From Intoshia linei (lineage: Eukaryota; Animalia; Orthonectida), in the NCBI GenBank assembly GCA_001642005.1, contig LWCA01000041.1:1-64000 (forward strand): 64,000 nt of DNA. Reading direction: 5' to 3'. This document shows positions 39,466-52,678 of this stretch, in pieces. A program made the position numbers and the translations under genes. Below the pieces are notes generated by a model. The model worked only from the letters and a program-made list of their open reading frames with translations, did no database searches and had not been told where the DNA came from. Numbering within the stretch: position 1 is the stretch's first letter; every line of letters begins with the position of its first letter.

Positions 39466-39793
39466 ATTGCAGAAAATGGTTAAATTAGGAAAGAATCAAC
39501 TATACAATCATGTATATAAAACCTCGAATTGGGTTTATATGGAAATGTCATCTAAATAAATTTGTATCAATAAGCAAATAACAATGTAGAATTAGATATT
39601 TGCATACTCTTTTCAAATGTATTATTAATTTTAAATGAAATCAAAATCTGTGAAACATATTTTTATAATAGTTATTGCATATAATATTCTTTATGATAAA
39701 GTATACAATTCTTACTAAAATATAAAATATTTTCATGTAATGAATTGAGCGAAGTTAAAATTTTAACTTTATTTTAAAAAAATCGTAATAAAA

Positions 39794-42700
39794 ATGGACA
39801 ATATACTGGATCGTAAGGTGCAGAATGTACTTAGTAATGATTTAAAATATAATAAAATCATTATTATTTAATTTTCTTTGTTCAAATGCAAAATAGTATT
39901 TAGATTTTATCAGCAATGGAAACTACAAAAAGGCTTTTAAGGATATACGGAAATTGTATTCTAAGCACGACGATGTTACGATAATTTGCGTAAAACTTGA
40001 CAAACATTTGTAAATTTTTTTAGTTTTCAATGTCATTAGTGCTTTTACAGTTTAATAAATACGAAGAAGGATTATCAGTTTTTAGCAAGGTAAAAGAAAA
40101 ATATTTTGATATTAGAGATGTTTGTATAATTCGGAAAATTCATATTTTTTTGAACGGTAACTTTTATTTTTATAGTTGTATATTTGTAGATTACAGCGTC
40201 ATTAAAAAATTTTTCGAAAATAATGATTGCAAAAATAATCAAGAACATTATTGGTCATTTAAGTTGGAAATATATTGTCAACATGGGTCTCTTGATGATT
40301 TGCACTGGCTTTGTATGCAAATGTATAAAAAATTCAACAATATCAATTTTTTTGTTTATTCCATTATATTTCTTATTTTTAAGGTATGAATAGTGTTATC
40401 ATATTATTTATATTTTAGGCGGAGAAATCTTTGGATCAAAATGTTAAAAAAACACTATATCAAGTTGCTCTCAAATTTGTTAATTTAAAAATTAATTTTA
40501 CGACTGGTATCTACCATGATATGTGGATATCTTGTCTTTCAAAGATTTATACCTTTATTGGGAATTACAAAAAGGCTAAATATTTTATTAATCAACATTG
40601 TAAGTTAGTGTTTAAAATTACTCATATTTACAGCAAATTCGGATACTATTTTGAACGAAACAATTAATATTTTAAAAGTTTCTTGTCATTGGGAGGGTAT
40701 ATTGAACTTGATTGAATCGCATATATCGTAATAATTGATTTATATTCATATTTATATTCATCTAGGTCTGATAATTTCAATGGGTTTTATATTAAAAATT
40801 ATTATTTCGCTTTGAAAAAATTAATCGAGCAGATTTCCGTGAACGATAGGTACTATTATTTGGTTTTTTTTCAAGATGACATTTTGATGTGAAGATATAT
40901 CTGAAAATTGTAGTAATGACTATATGATTTATTACTACATTTTTGATATTAGTGAATCTTAACAAATCTCATTCAAAACTTCTAAAAAACTTTTTAATTA
41001 TTTTAATTTTTTCATTTATAGATCCAATATATGTGATACATTTATGAAACGATATCTGTTTATATTTAATCTGATGCGAAAGAAGGACGAGTCTGTGGAT
41101 AATAGGTATATTGTAAATATGGTAAATTTAAACCACGTTTGATTGTGTTTAAATTGGTTTTTTAGTAAATTGTTTTATAAAAAACTGAGGAGATGCATTA
41201 TTCCCTTAAGTATCCTATTGCCAATAGCAACCTCTCTAAGGATCTCGAGTTTAAATTTTAATTTTAACACATTAAATAGTTATATTATAGTGTTTTTGAC
41301 CCCAAGAAGGACTTTATTTATTTATTTGATATCAATTTCTGAAAATAAAATTTGTGATATAACAGAACCATCGAAAAACTATTTTAGAAATGATGATTTT
41401 TATAATTCTAGGACTTAATTTTTTAATTTAACTGTAACACAGAAATTAAATTTTATAGAAGTAAAGGATTATTGTGTTCACAGACTCTTTGTAAATCAAT
41501 AAAATCTGTAAGAATCGTCAGGTTTAGTGATATCATTAGTTCTGTAAGATAAATATAATTAATTAGCTCGACTTTCGACAATTAAAGTTTCGATTTGTTA
41601 TTCATTACAAAATTATAGTTTTTAGTAGAAAATAGTCACTGAATTAATAATAATTCTTTTTTGGTTGAACGGTTATATCAGCCCAACAAAGATATTAACC
41701 GTTAAATCATTTTTTGAGGTGGGTCCTGGGATTTTTTATGTATGGTATGATAAATGGAAAGTTGTGCCTACTATAAAAAAGGTTGGGAAACACTGTACTA
41801 TTTTATTTCTTTTTTATATGCACGTTTGGCAATATATTTTGTAAATTAAATTATTTTTTTACATTTACATTTTGAGAAAATTTGTCTTGTGTATATCATA
41901 TAAAAAAACAATCAAAATCTCTAAGGTTTAACTGATAACCACTAATTTATTTATCCTGTTTTCATATACTTGTAGGTCTTTATATGTTGCATACGTTTTA
42001 TTATTAAAACTCAAATACAAATTTAATATTGAATTTGAACGAGAATTGAATATAGGTAATTTTAAAAATTCTTTGATTTGCTAAAATTGTAAAAATATTC
42101 AGTAATATTGTTTGTAAATTTTACTGACTTTTACTACTTATGTTATAATTTTTATTATTAATGTAAAATTGTTTTTAATATGAAGTATATCAGGTCCCTT
42201 AATCCTAATTGTGATTTTATTTAATTTTGAGTTTATATTTTTTTAATACACATACAAGTCTTTGTAAAAGTCTATATCTTATATATTAATTGTAGATTTG
42301 ATTTTTGCGAAAAATATCAATTATCACATTGAAAAATTTGTATAATATTTGTTTGAATAATATACTCCCTCGCAACAATTTTGCAATTGTTGGAAACTAG
42401 TCTCAGTGAAACTCTAAGTGTCTGAATTTTTTATGTATTAATCAGCAATGCAAGATCTATCATTGGTTAAAAAAATAAAAAAATAGGCCGAATTAATTCG
42501 TAGAAATTTACCTTTTTTATGTATATGTAGATATGAAAGTCTCAACAATTTTGCAAAACAATAAATATAATTATTTCTTGATATATTAAATATATATTAT
42601 ATTCTATACGTCTATCAAATTTCCATTATTCATCATAACCTTGTACATTTTTGAATTAAATGATTTATGCAGCTTTATAATCATGTATTTTTCCTTTAAA

Positions 42701-45700
42701 ATATTTCCTGAACAATATGAGATATTTTCTGCCATATATTGTACATTAGGGTGGACAGAATTTCAATATTTTTGAATTTCTTATGGGCCATTAGCCAGAA
42801 AGTTTCGTTTTGTTAAGTTTTCTACAAGGGTGCGCAAGGATACTGAATTTTAGTATACGATTTGTATACATAACTGTGTATGAGTAGAATATACCGAGGG
42901 CTTATCTTAGTTTGACTATATTTAATATAACATTGATTACGGAGACTTTCAGTTTGGCGGAAACTATTGTGTTTAAATAATTACCAAAGGTTTGTAGGTG
43001 TGCCTAATTAAAAAAAATCCAATATTTTTAATATTTCGTAAATGTATAATAGCATGCAAAAAGCTAATATTGTTTCACTTTTCGAATTGATCAGAGCTCG
43101 AAGAGCTATAATTTTAGAAAATCCATCAGATGTTATACACACCGTTCAAAATTCAACAATTGTATTATTAGAATCATGAGCCCTTTTCCCGTCAAATTGC
43201 AGACAAAAATCTTTTTTAAAGAACTGAATATCCGAATTTATTTTATCTATACAACAATAATTTCTTTGTTCAAAGCACGCATACACATTGTTCTACAAGG
43301 AATGATAGAATTAGTGATTGTTTTTAGAATCATTAGCATTTTATGTGAAGAAGTTTCTGTCTTTATACATGCCTTTGCAATATCTTTACTAGATAATTTT
43401 GACTGCTCTCTACCATCAGCTAATTAAGTATTTTCAAAAACTTAATTATTGCAATGCAACTCTATCGAAATAGGTAGATGTTTTTGAACCTTAAACGTAT
43501 TTAATTGGTGTTTTTCTTTTAATTCGAGCTGCAATTGTAATTCCTTACATTTAATTTTTCTTTCATATTTACGACCAAACGCATTATCAAGCATACCAAA
43601 CATCATTTATTTTTCATTTCTCTGATCACGTAAAAACACAAATTTTCATGTATACATGTCAACTCGGCATTTATGTGCTATATATCGAACAATGTATCAA
43701 TTGTATTAATGAAATTATCCCCACGTAATATTTGGGACTTACATCTCCTATTTATATTCTTTTTTAATAAATTATAGCGTTTGCAGTATGTCTTTAAAAC
43801 ATATTTACAAATATGTTTCTTATCTTTAATAAAAATTGAACTTGTAATCCACAAATCTAACACTTTCATCACAGTTATATTCAAAACTTAGGAAACCTAT
43901 ATTCCTTTTTTGTATGATAAAAATAAACCTTCAATACGTCCCGTAATATTGGGAAGTTATATTTACAAAAATCTTCCATCACATTGCCTATTATCTAAAT
44001 ATAATCCGCGGATCTTGTTAACACGTGAATTTCAAAAAAAAACTATAATTTAAATTAAAGCTCAATTTGAGCACTACATTAAAATGAATCTGCTTCCTAA
44101 AATTTTGCATAGACATACATATGAATCAGAAGAATAAAATTAGAGAATGGCCCATCAGAGAATATTAGTAAACAAATATATGACCATTCATGCCAATTTT
44201 TTGACCAAAATGTCTTCAACATGTGTATATGTATTCATAAAATGAACAAAATTATCGAAGGGCCTATCAGAAAATGTAAAAAAAAAATTTACTATGAAAA
44301 TTGTGTCCAACCTATTTTACATACATTGTACATGCATTTTCGAATTAAATTGTGAACCATCATATAACCAGGGTTGTCATCTGCGTTATTTTCCCCGTGA
44401 GAATTCGGGTTTTAAATTCAACTCAGGGCTCAGGGTTAAGTGATATATTTAAATCAAAATCATGTCATCAGACATATTTTATTTATATTCTATAATTTTT
44501 TCCTTTATGGTGAAAGACTCTTAGTTTTAGCTGTTAATTTTATTCCATTACTTAGTGACACCCATATTTTTCATTGTATTCGTTTTCGTTTCTTCGCGCC
44601 AGATTATTGAGTAATACTTTTTTATTTTATCATTTTTGATTTTTGTGACAATGATTCTTTACATGTAGTTGAAGTAAAAAATGTCTGAAAGTGAAAATTT
44701 TTCGCCTTCGGCGAAATTGCATAACACGCTCCGCTCAAAAATTCGGGTTGAGAATAATTTAATGTTTGTAACCGTGCATATAACCGATTCTTCATAAATA
44801 ATTAAAAACTTCAATTTCTACGACTTTTTTCAGATTTTTGATTTTTTTACCAATAAACGATCTTGTCAAATCTTTTAATATATAAAAAATTGAATAACAG
44901 CATATTATTTAGATTGGTTTATATCAATTGCAATATAACATTTTTAATTTGAATACATTTTATAATTAATTTTTTTTTGTATAGAAACACTATGAAAAAT
45001 GATATATTCCTTATCAGTAGTTGCATCTATTCTCCACCCGTCGGGTCAAATCTAAACTTTCATAATTTTGCGACCAAAATTTTGTTCAACCGTATTGAGA
45101 AATAAATATAAATTACAAATCCAAAATATTAGTTTGTGTCTATAATTAAAATTATTGACCGATGCAACAAAATTTGGATTTGCATTAGTAGTTTCTTTCC
45201 AGAGTGGAGTATGTGCCAAATTATTATATATCTAGTTAGTCCCTAATCCATTTTTTGTAAAATACGCTGCATGGTATGGTATGTATCATCAATTTTTTAA
45301 TATTTAAAAAATAGTGGATATTAAATTATAAATTAAAAATCAGTGCAGCATCACGAGGACAAAATGGAAATGGTTGTAGGGTCGTATTATGTTCAGTGAA
45401 CATTGTTAACTTTTGTTCTATATGAACGTTTTGATTTTGTACACAAAATGTTAAAGAGAATAAACATCATTTTTTTGGTCAATTATAAATCAATACTTTA
45501 GTGATTACATTGTACATTTGATATTATATTGTATTGTTTTAATAAAAATAATCTTGCTTATCATGACAACATGTAATTATTCATATTACTTTCTAATTTG
45601 AACTATATTAAAAAAGGTACGCACTATTCATATTGACCAGGTTTGACTCAGTTTTTATGCTTTTATTTTCTTCACAAATTCAAATTGTAGATATGTAATA

Positions 45701-48700
45701 AGGATAAAAATTTTGATGTGAGATTGCAAAAATTTTTATTTTAAAATGGGGTCTTGCGTGGAAAAAGGTTGAGGAGCCTGATGTATATGATATACAATTC
45801 AAAATATATTTTAGTGTCAATCAATATATTATTTAATTATTTTTCCAACTATGCTGACAAAGCCTGTTTTTTTAAAACTATTTGCAGTTTTGTATATATT
45901 CCCGAAATAAATTATGTAAGTTTAATGAATGAAAATATTCATTAATATATAATGTTAATATGAGTCATATTTTTAGATTTTGCGTAGAAAATCTTTATAT
46001 ATTATGGATACGTTTCCTGTTGTAATTTATTTATTTATTAGTATTATTTTATATTTAGTGGAATTGTGCTGATTTCAATGTGATAAGATTATGTCGTTAT
46101 TATTCAAATTTTAATAACAATAAGATGAATAAAGTGAAAGAATTGAAAAATAATTTGTTTCGATTGGATGAAAACATAAATCATACGATTTTAAATTACG
46201 GTTGAATTATAGTTTGATTTATTTTAAAGATATATAGACAAAAGCTTGCGCCAACATATGTACAATATAAGTAGAATGACATTTGTAATTTTAGTCGATC
46301 TTTTTCTAGAACAAGGTTTGTCTGTGCGGTTGCATTTATACAGTTATTAGAATCAAATGACTATTTGATGGACGCTTTTTACTTAATTTCAACTATGATA
46401 AATCTAAATGTTAGTTGTTATTTGGAAAACTTGGCTTATGTTGTGCTGTGTAAATATTTAGGTGAGAAATCAAAATATGCAATCATTTTTTTTAGGTGCT
46501 TTTGGTTTGGCTTATACATCACTTGAAAAATTACATACAAAAACATTTGTTTTTGATTCAGTAGGGTAAAAATTGTATATTTTTTTGGTTATTTTTAGAT
46601 ATTCTTTATACGGAATTTCTTTCTACGTCGGCGATCGAGAATCATTCATTAATTTTTCAAACACGGCATTGGACCAATACGCAAATTATGCCAATGAGGT
46701 TAATATTTAGTCCACTATTTCTGATTATTTTAGACGTCAGATTGTATGTATACATCTTTGGGAACACAATCGTATCAACAGGTTACATTCAAAATATCCA
46801 ACTATTTACATTTCAGGTGGAAGATGCTCATAATTGTCACAGTAGGTTAAACAAAAACGTGCACATTCTCCTAATTAAAATAGAGTCGGTTATTGAATCA
46901 ATGCTTTACGATGTTAATTCGTTGGTAAATTGAAATCAATGTATATTTTAATTTAGGATAAAAACATTTTTTTCTGTATTTGACAGTCACAGTGAATCCA
47001 TAGATGAATTTGTAGCTAATGATTTAAGCTGTTTTGAATGTAGTTGTGATCACAGTGTTTTATTTGACATTTTTGAAACCTTCAAGTATTTATTTTTCTG
47101 CGCTACATTTATTGTTCATTAATCTAGTTTTGATAATATTTCACACATTATGATGAAAAATTTGGAAGTAAAAATTTCTTTAGCATAATTATTTTTAGAA
47201 TTATTGGACTATTTTCAGAATGACTTTGATTTTATCATTTTCATGTGTGTACCATGAATATAATAGTAAAAACGAAAAATTCTCCTACCCAAAACCCAAC
47301 ATTGATTGTTTAGCAGTGCCACGAAAAGTGTATGCTGATTTTTTAAAGCAATGCAATGATATAAGTCATTTCAATAAATATTCAGAAAAGTTTTTTAGTA
47401 ATGATGATTTATTAAATGGTATTTGCATTATATATTGTACATTACAATTTTGAATAGAAAAAGATGTGGAACTTAATATTTCCAAAAATTATTACGACAT
47501 TGATCTAAATTGTAAACAAGTTGAAATTATTCAAGAAGGTATTAATATGTTCCAATGATTATAAGTTAAAAACTTTAGATAACGAACTTATGAATAATAC
47601 TAATCCTTTGAAAAAAAATGCATCTATTTTGATAAAGCCACTTTTGTCTGAAACTCCCAAAAACGAATTCAACGAAACATCAAACGTTACAAAATATGTT
47701 AAAATAGGCTTAAAATCCATACTTTATAAAAATATTCCTTTTGAAATTGATACTTCTTTGTTAGATGGTATAAATAAAGATCGATCCTTACCAGAATCAA
47801 CTATCCACAGTGTTCCCGACAATACAGTTTTTAACAACTTAATTTTTCTTAACGAAAATTTTTCTGTTCTAACTGAATCTATAGAGAAAATATCTTTGTC
47901 TAAATTAGATGATTCTAAATACAAAGAAAAATTAATAAATTTGACTCAAGAATCTATAGAAAAAAAAAACATTTATTATATGAATGGATATAATTATTTA
48001 CATTTAAGAAATTACGAAGAAATTAAAACTAATAAGAAAATTCTAAAAAAATTCGATGCGTCTAAAAGAATTTCTTTTAATCAAGATACATCTAACAATA
48101 CAAATGCCCACACGGGACTTGAAAATTATCACAAAATAATGATATTAATGGAAATTATCACATTTGGATTTTCCAATATTTCAAAAAACCAATCAGTAAT
48201 TTTTAGTATTCAACATATAGTTAAATTAGAAACTACCATTATCACCAATAGCTCATAAATGTTCGATTTTTTTCGAATGTGGCATAGCTATTGGTGTACA
48301 CAATTGTGCTTTACTTGTATTACATTTGTACAAATTCTTCAAGAATCAAAGTAATTCAATTTTAATAAATCAATATTAATTTTAGCTAATGAACAACAAC
48401 TCTTTTCAAGTAAATCTAAATAAAACAATTATTATACCACTAGGTATTAACTCATTTAGCGATTATTTAATTAATTTAAAACTTGGAAGCAGTATAGTGG
48501 AAATATCTTGTTTTGCTGAAGTATTTATTTGATAAAATATTTGTATTTATTTTTAGTTCTACGGTGTTATATATTTATACTCTACCATTCTGAATCATAT
48601 TCTTTTAGTAAATAAAGCCACATTAACAGATGGAGTAATTAATATATTTGCACTTATCATACTATATCATTTGCAGATTATAAAAACTTTTACAAATTAT

Positions 48701-48974
48701 TTTAATAATGTATCTATGTGGGGTAAAAATCTACGAATGGTGATTGATTCTATGATTAAAAATGTTGGAAAAACTGTAAACAAAACATTTTATATTACAG
48801 CATATACTGAGGTAATTAGAAATCGAATCAATATTATATGTTTAGAATATTATGCACCAAGAATCTCTCATATCCAGTCAGTTAGATGCTCTATCGGAAA
48901 TTGATTCATTTTTGAGTACGAAACTTAATCATTTAAATAAACTTCATATGAATTTATCGAAAAAATTTGCTTAG
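39794..48974 (+). CDS. NAA25: NatB auxiliary subunit NAA25/MDM20; many exons, transposon-filled introns
   Basis: DRKVQNVL...ISNGNYKKA; LCKYLGAFGLAYTSLEKLHTKTFVFDSVGY (cf. IYCMLGAFEPV...LDAKHIQHDTIGY); RLNKNVHILLIKIES; C-terminal SQLDALSEIDSFLSTKL. The middle exons were not fully resolved. Confidence 0.78.
42749..44312 (-). mobile_element. 1.56-kb TIR DNA transposon relic of unassigned superfamily in an NAA25 intron
   Basis: Termini GGGTGGACAGAATTT versus reverse-complemented GGTTGGACACAATTT, with TA on both flanks. Subterminal gggcc/ggccc motifs. Stop-interrupted minus-strand coding remnant FVFLRDQRNEK*MMFGMLD near 43590-43645. Confidence 0.6.
44369..44776. mobile_element. 408-bp hAT-type MITE in an NAA25 intron
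   Basis: Starts CAGGGTTG and ends TAACCGTG. Perfect 8-bp TSD catataac (44361-44368, 44777-44784). Subterminal aattcgggtt repeats and a ttcgcc-ttc-ggcgaa hairpin. Confidence 0.8.
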
Positions 48975-49308
48975 TCAAGAAAAAAGTATTATTGTAATAT
49001 TAGTAAACATTTTTTAGCTTGAAATAGTTTATATTCAACTACAATAATCTATATGGTATGTACCTGTTATGAAACTTCTTTATATGCGACCACTTATATT
49101 TCGTTTAATGGTTCTGGTTCACCGGAAATGTAAAATTGTTTCTGATAAATCTAATTAGGTTAATAAATATTGTTTTTTAATTAATCTGATCAATTGGTTT
49201 TACGTATATACCGGAGGCATTATAATTATAAAACATATTTGAAAATCGATTACAGCAAAACACAGACAGTTCTACTAAACTAATAACGAATTTATTTTTA
49301 ATTAGAAT

Positions 49309-50514
49309 TTAATAGTTTTGCAAGTTGTTTTTGTTAACAGGGGTGAGATATGTAGCTGCCAGTAATAAAGGATCTTGAGGGATTGATTTTGAATTGTTTC
49401 CTACAACGCTGAGTTGATAATTATTCATTGTGTACTGTTTATCAAGTTGATTTGTTGAAAAATAAGTTGAACCAGAAATTCCAAATGTTGTAATAAATAT
49501 ATTCATGAGTCCGATAAAATATAACAAATATGTAGCAAAGTGTTGCCAAAAAGCAATAGAAGAAAATTTTTCAGATTCGATTTCATCCTGTTCTCTATCT
49601 TTTCGGATGAGCGCTGCTTGGTGTCTAACTTCATGAAAACGCAACTCTCCATCCACTTCTACTTTTTCTCTTTGTATTGCCATTAATTCTTCCTGTGCTC
49701 TTGTTAATTCATGAGAAAGTTCTATTGACTTACTGGATTTTCTAAGGCCCTCTTCCACTATGCGAATATAGTTGAGAAATCGTGTTAAACGCATATTTGT
49801 GTCAGCTACGCGAATTCTTGCTGCGTCGATATAGTACTCTGTTTTATCAATTTCCAATGAAGCAGATTCGACATCCTCTAAATCGTACATGGAATAAATC
49901 ATACGATGATTGTTTGTATATGTTTCTTCTTCTTTTAAGTTACAATCGATTTCGTCACACTTTTCTTTATTGAAGTATTCTTCAGGCTTTTTACCATCTA
50001 TGTTTCTTACATTTTCATTTATAACTTGAGATGTACTGGAAACATGTAAGTCACTGGTAAAAGGTTTTAATTCATTTTTATTTTTCTTTATCTGCTCAAG
50101 TCCACTTTTTGTATAGAAAGAATTTAATTTTCCGAAATTTCCAGAATGTTTTCCAACACCATTGTACATATAATTATAACTTTTAGTATGCGGTAACGGT
50201 AGATGTGGGTATGGGCGCATTCTATGTGTAATATTTTTTTTATTTTTTCTGGATTTAAAACAATTCCATTTATTCCGTCTTTTGGACGTATTGTTTATTT
50301 TATTTCCAATAAAAATAATCATTATCCCTACCGCCATTAGTAATACTATACACGATATTAATAGCGTCAATACAAATTCATAAAATCGGTTGTAATTACG
50401 ACCCATGTCTAATAGCAATTTCAATTCTGTTATTTGGGCCATTGTCAATATTGTTACAAGGGCTGCTTGAGCTTTGGTTTTCGACTGCTCAAGGTCTACA
50501 TGTCTGGCGGTTAA
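49309..50514 (-). CDS. Ninjurin-family membrane protein with a ~250-aa inter-helix insertion (main exon; 5' exon uncertain, possibly ATGCAG at 50680-50675)
   Basis: SKTKAQAALVTILTMAQITELKLLLDMGRNYNRFYEFVLTLLISCIVLLMAVGIMIIFIG and IAFWQHFATYLLYFIGLMNIFITTFG align to recalled NINJ1 KKSAAESMLDIALLMANASQLKAVVEQG...FYVPLVVLISISLVLQIGVGVLLIFL and LDFLNNLATGLVFIIVVVNIFITAFG. Confidence 0.82.
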   Translation of the reverse strand, partial: LTARHVDLEQSKTKAQAALVTILTMAQITELKLLLDMGRNYNRFYEFVLTLLISCIVLLMAVGIMIIFIGNKINNTSKRRNKWNCFKSRKNKKNITHRMRPYPHLPLPHTKSYNYMYNGVGKHSGNFGKLNSFYTKSGLEQIKKNKNELKPFTSDLHVSSTSQVINENVRNIDGKKPEEYFNKEKCDEIDCNLKEEETYTNNHRMIYSMYDLEDVESASLEIDKTEYYIDAARIRVADTNMRLTRFLNYIRIVEEGLRKSSKSIELSHELTRAQEELMAIQREKVEVDGELRFHEVRHQAALIRKDREQDEIESEKFSSIAFWQHFATYLLYFIGLMNIFITTFGISGSTYFSTNQLDKQYTMNNYQLSVVGNNSKSIPQDPLLLAATYLTPVNKNNLQNY

Positions 50515-50965
50515 CTAAAAGTACATAATTTAATTAAGATAAGAGCAAAGTTCTTAACAGTGTGAGTGTTTAACATACATATTCATATCTCAAGTATCAA
50601 GATTTTCATTTTAAAGAAAATATAAAAATAAGATACTACATATTTATCAACTTGAATATATACAACATAAATACCTGCATGATTCTAAAAGAAGATCTTG
50701 AATTATAGACCATGATTTTTTTCAAAAGGACAATTAAAACTTGGAAAATTCATGTTACAAATATAAACATAAATGAAAAATTTAATCGGAAAATGATCAA
50801 TATCGGCTTTTCGTGTTACTCCATTTTACATACAGGCGTCGATAACACCGTAGTAGATACATTTAATTGTTAAATATGATTGGCCTTCATAAATTTTTAT
50901 ATAATTGATTAATAAAAACATTTAACTAACTACAATGGATTGCAGACAAATATTTTAAACGCATA

Positions 50966-51542
50966 CTAAACAAAATTAAATCTTTTCAAAATGTGGTCTC
51001 TAAAATTAGTTATGAAGTTTGTTTGTTTTGCATTTTCTATCGATTTTGATCTTTTACTTCTCACATATTTGATACTTTTCTTACAACTCCATAGTTTTGC
51101 ATTTTTTTTTGAATTATGAACGGAATTCCAAATCATAAAACAAGCCAACATGAGCCCACTACGTCCATTTCCCATAGCACAATGAATGGATATATTCTAA
51201 ATGATTGAGTATATTAATATAATCTTTCTACCTTTTTCTGATTGATGTTTTTCGAAATAGTTTTACAAAGCAAAATAACTTCATCTAATGTCGGTGTGCT
51301 TTGATCCTTTATAGGTAAATGTATAATTTCAATTTTATCTATTATTCATTATTGAGCTTAATGACCTTACCTTTCAGAAGATTGGCATTATTTGTAAAAA
51401 TATTTGGAACATTTTGTGTTAAACTTATCACAGTTTTCACTTCATGGGCAAGTAAAAGGTAAATATGTACCAGTTTTGTGGGGCGGCCATGAATATATAA
51501 TCGGTTCCTAAATAAACTGGAACAATTTGGTAACGATTTCAT
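50966..51542 (-). CDS. DUSP23: Small atypical dual-specificity phosphatase, DUSP23-like, 3 exons
   Basis: PNCSSLFRNRL...VISLT; HLPIKDQSTP (acid loop); IHCAMGNGRSGLMLACF (HCx5R); VRSKRSKSIENAKQ. Confidence 0.78.
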
Positions 51543-52299
51543 CAAATTTTATTTTGTATCTACCTAAATATATTGTATAAATGTAGACTGCATACTAAGC
51601 AAATATAGTAAAAGCAATTATATGTCAGTATGTGAATTTCAATTGGTATTGACATAAAAAAATGACTTTTATTAAAACTATGGCGTCTAATATATATATA
51701 TCCATGTATATTAACTATCTAATTATATCATCATTAAATTAACAGCGTTGTTTATCCAAAGCTGTTTAATTAAACTAATTATATATGCATTATGTTTATT
51801 AAGAGGATGACCAATGTGTCATATATCAAAAGCCTAATACAGTGCTTACCAGACTGGACCATGAGAAAATTTAAAAAATACATAAATCAATTTATAAACA
51901 AACTGAATTAACATTTTAATCGAATATATTACCTATTTAATTTTGTTCAAAAACATGTTATAATTTTTATAAAACGGGTTGCTAAACACAAAAATATGTC
52001 CATATATTGTTTCATAATTCTTTATCAGTAGGTACTGTACTAGTATTAAAAATAATCATAGAGTATAAACTACTTTATGCAAGGCTATCAGATTAATCAG
52101 AAAATTAATACGAGTATCATGCTATGAATATTACGCCAATTAAAAATATAATTAGTATTTTATATAGTCTAAAAAGTTAGAATTATTATCGTAACGTAAA
52201 AAAAGTAAAAAGTTGAGAATTAGTACAGAAAGACAGAATTATTAATAAAAAATTGAAAGTAATAAGGTAATAAATGATATTTCTGTAAACCAATTTTTC

Positions 52300-52678
52300 A
52301 AACGGTGCGCCCTGGCGTATTTAAAATATTTCCAAAGAGTCAGTTAAATCAGATTTTTTTTGTTTGTGCTGAAATAAATTTTTTTCTTAAATTGTTAACA
52401 CTATGCGTGTTATATACTTCATATGCAGAGTTGGAAAATATAGAAATGTTAGCACACGCATAGTGAAAAATTCTGGTTGCAATTCACACAACTCCAATTG
52501 CAGATTGTGTGACATATCTATAGTTTCTACATTCATAGAATTATTCAAAAGATTCAATTTAGGTTTAATAGAATCAAAAATAGCAAATCTAGTTCGAAAT
52601 TCCACATCAATATTCAATCATATATAATATAAAATATATTACTAAAAAATTTTGCGGGCCACACTTTGCACCACCCTG
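52300..52678 (-). mobile_element. hAT (Buster/SPIN-like) transposase relic with one terminus
   Basis: Reverse-complemented terminus CAGGGTGGTGCAAAGTGTGGCCCGC. The ORF EFRTRFAIF...LQLELCELQ resembles Buster/GTF2IRD2-type transposase. No matching TSD was found. Confidence 0.65.

Noticed and set aside
51840-52678. Single hAT element spanning 51840-52678
   Set aside because: The two termini are not complementary and the flanks (gcctaata versus gtatatat) are not a TSD.
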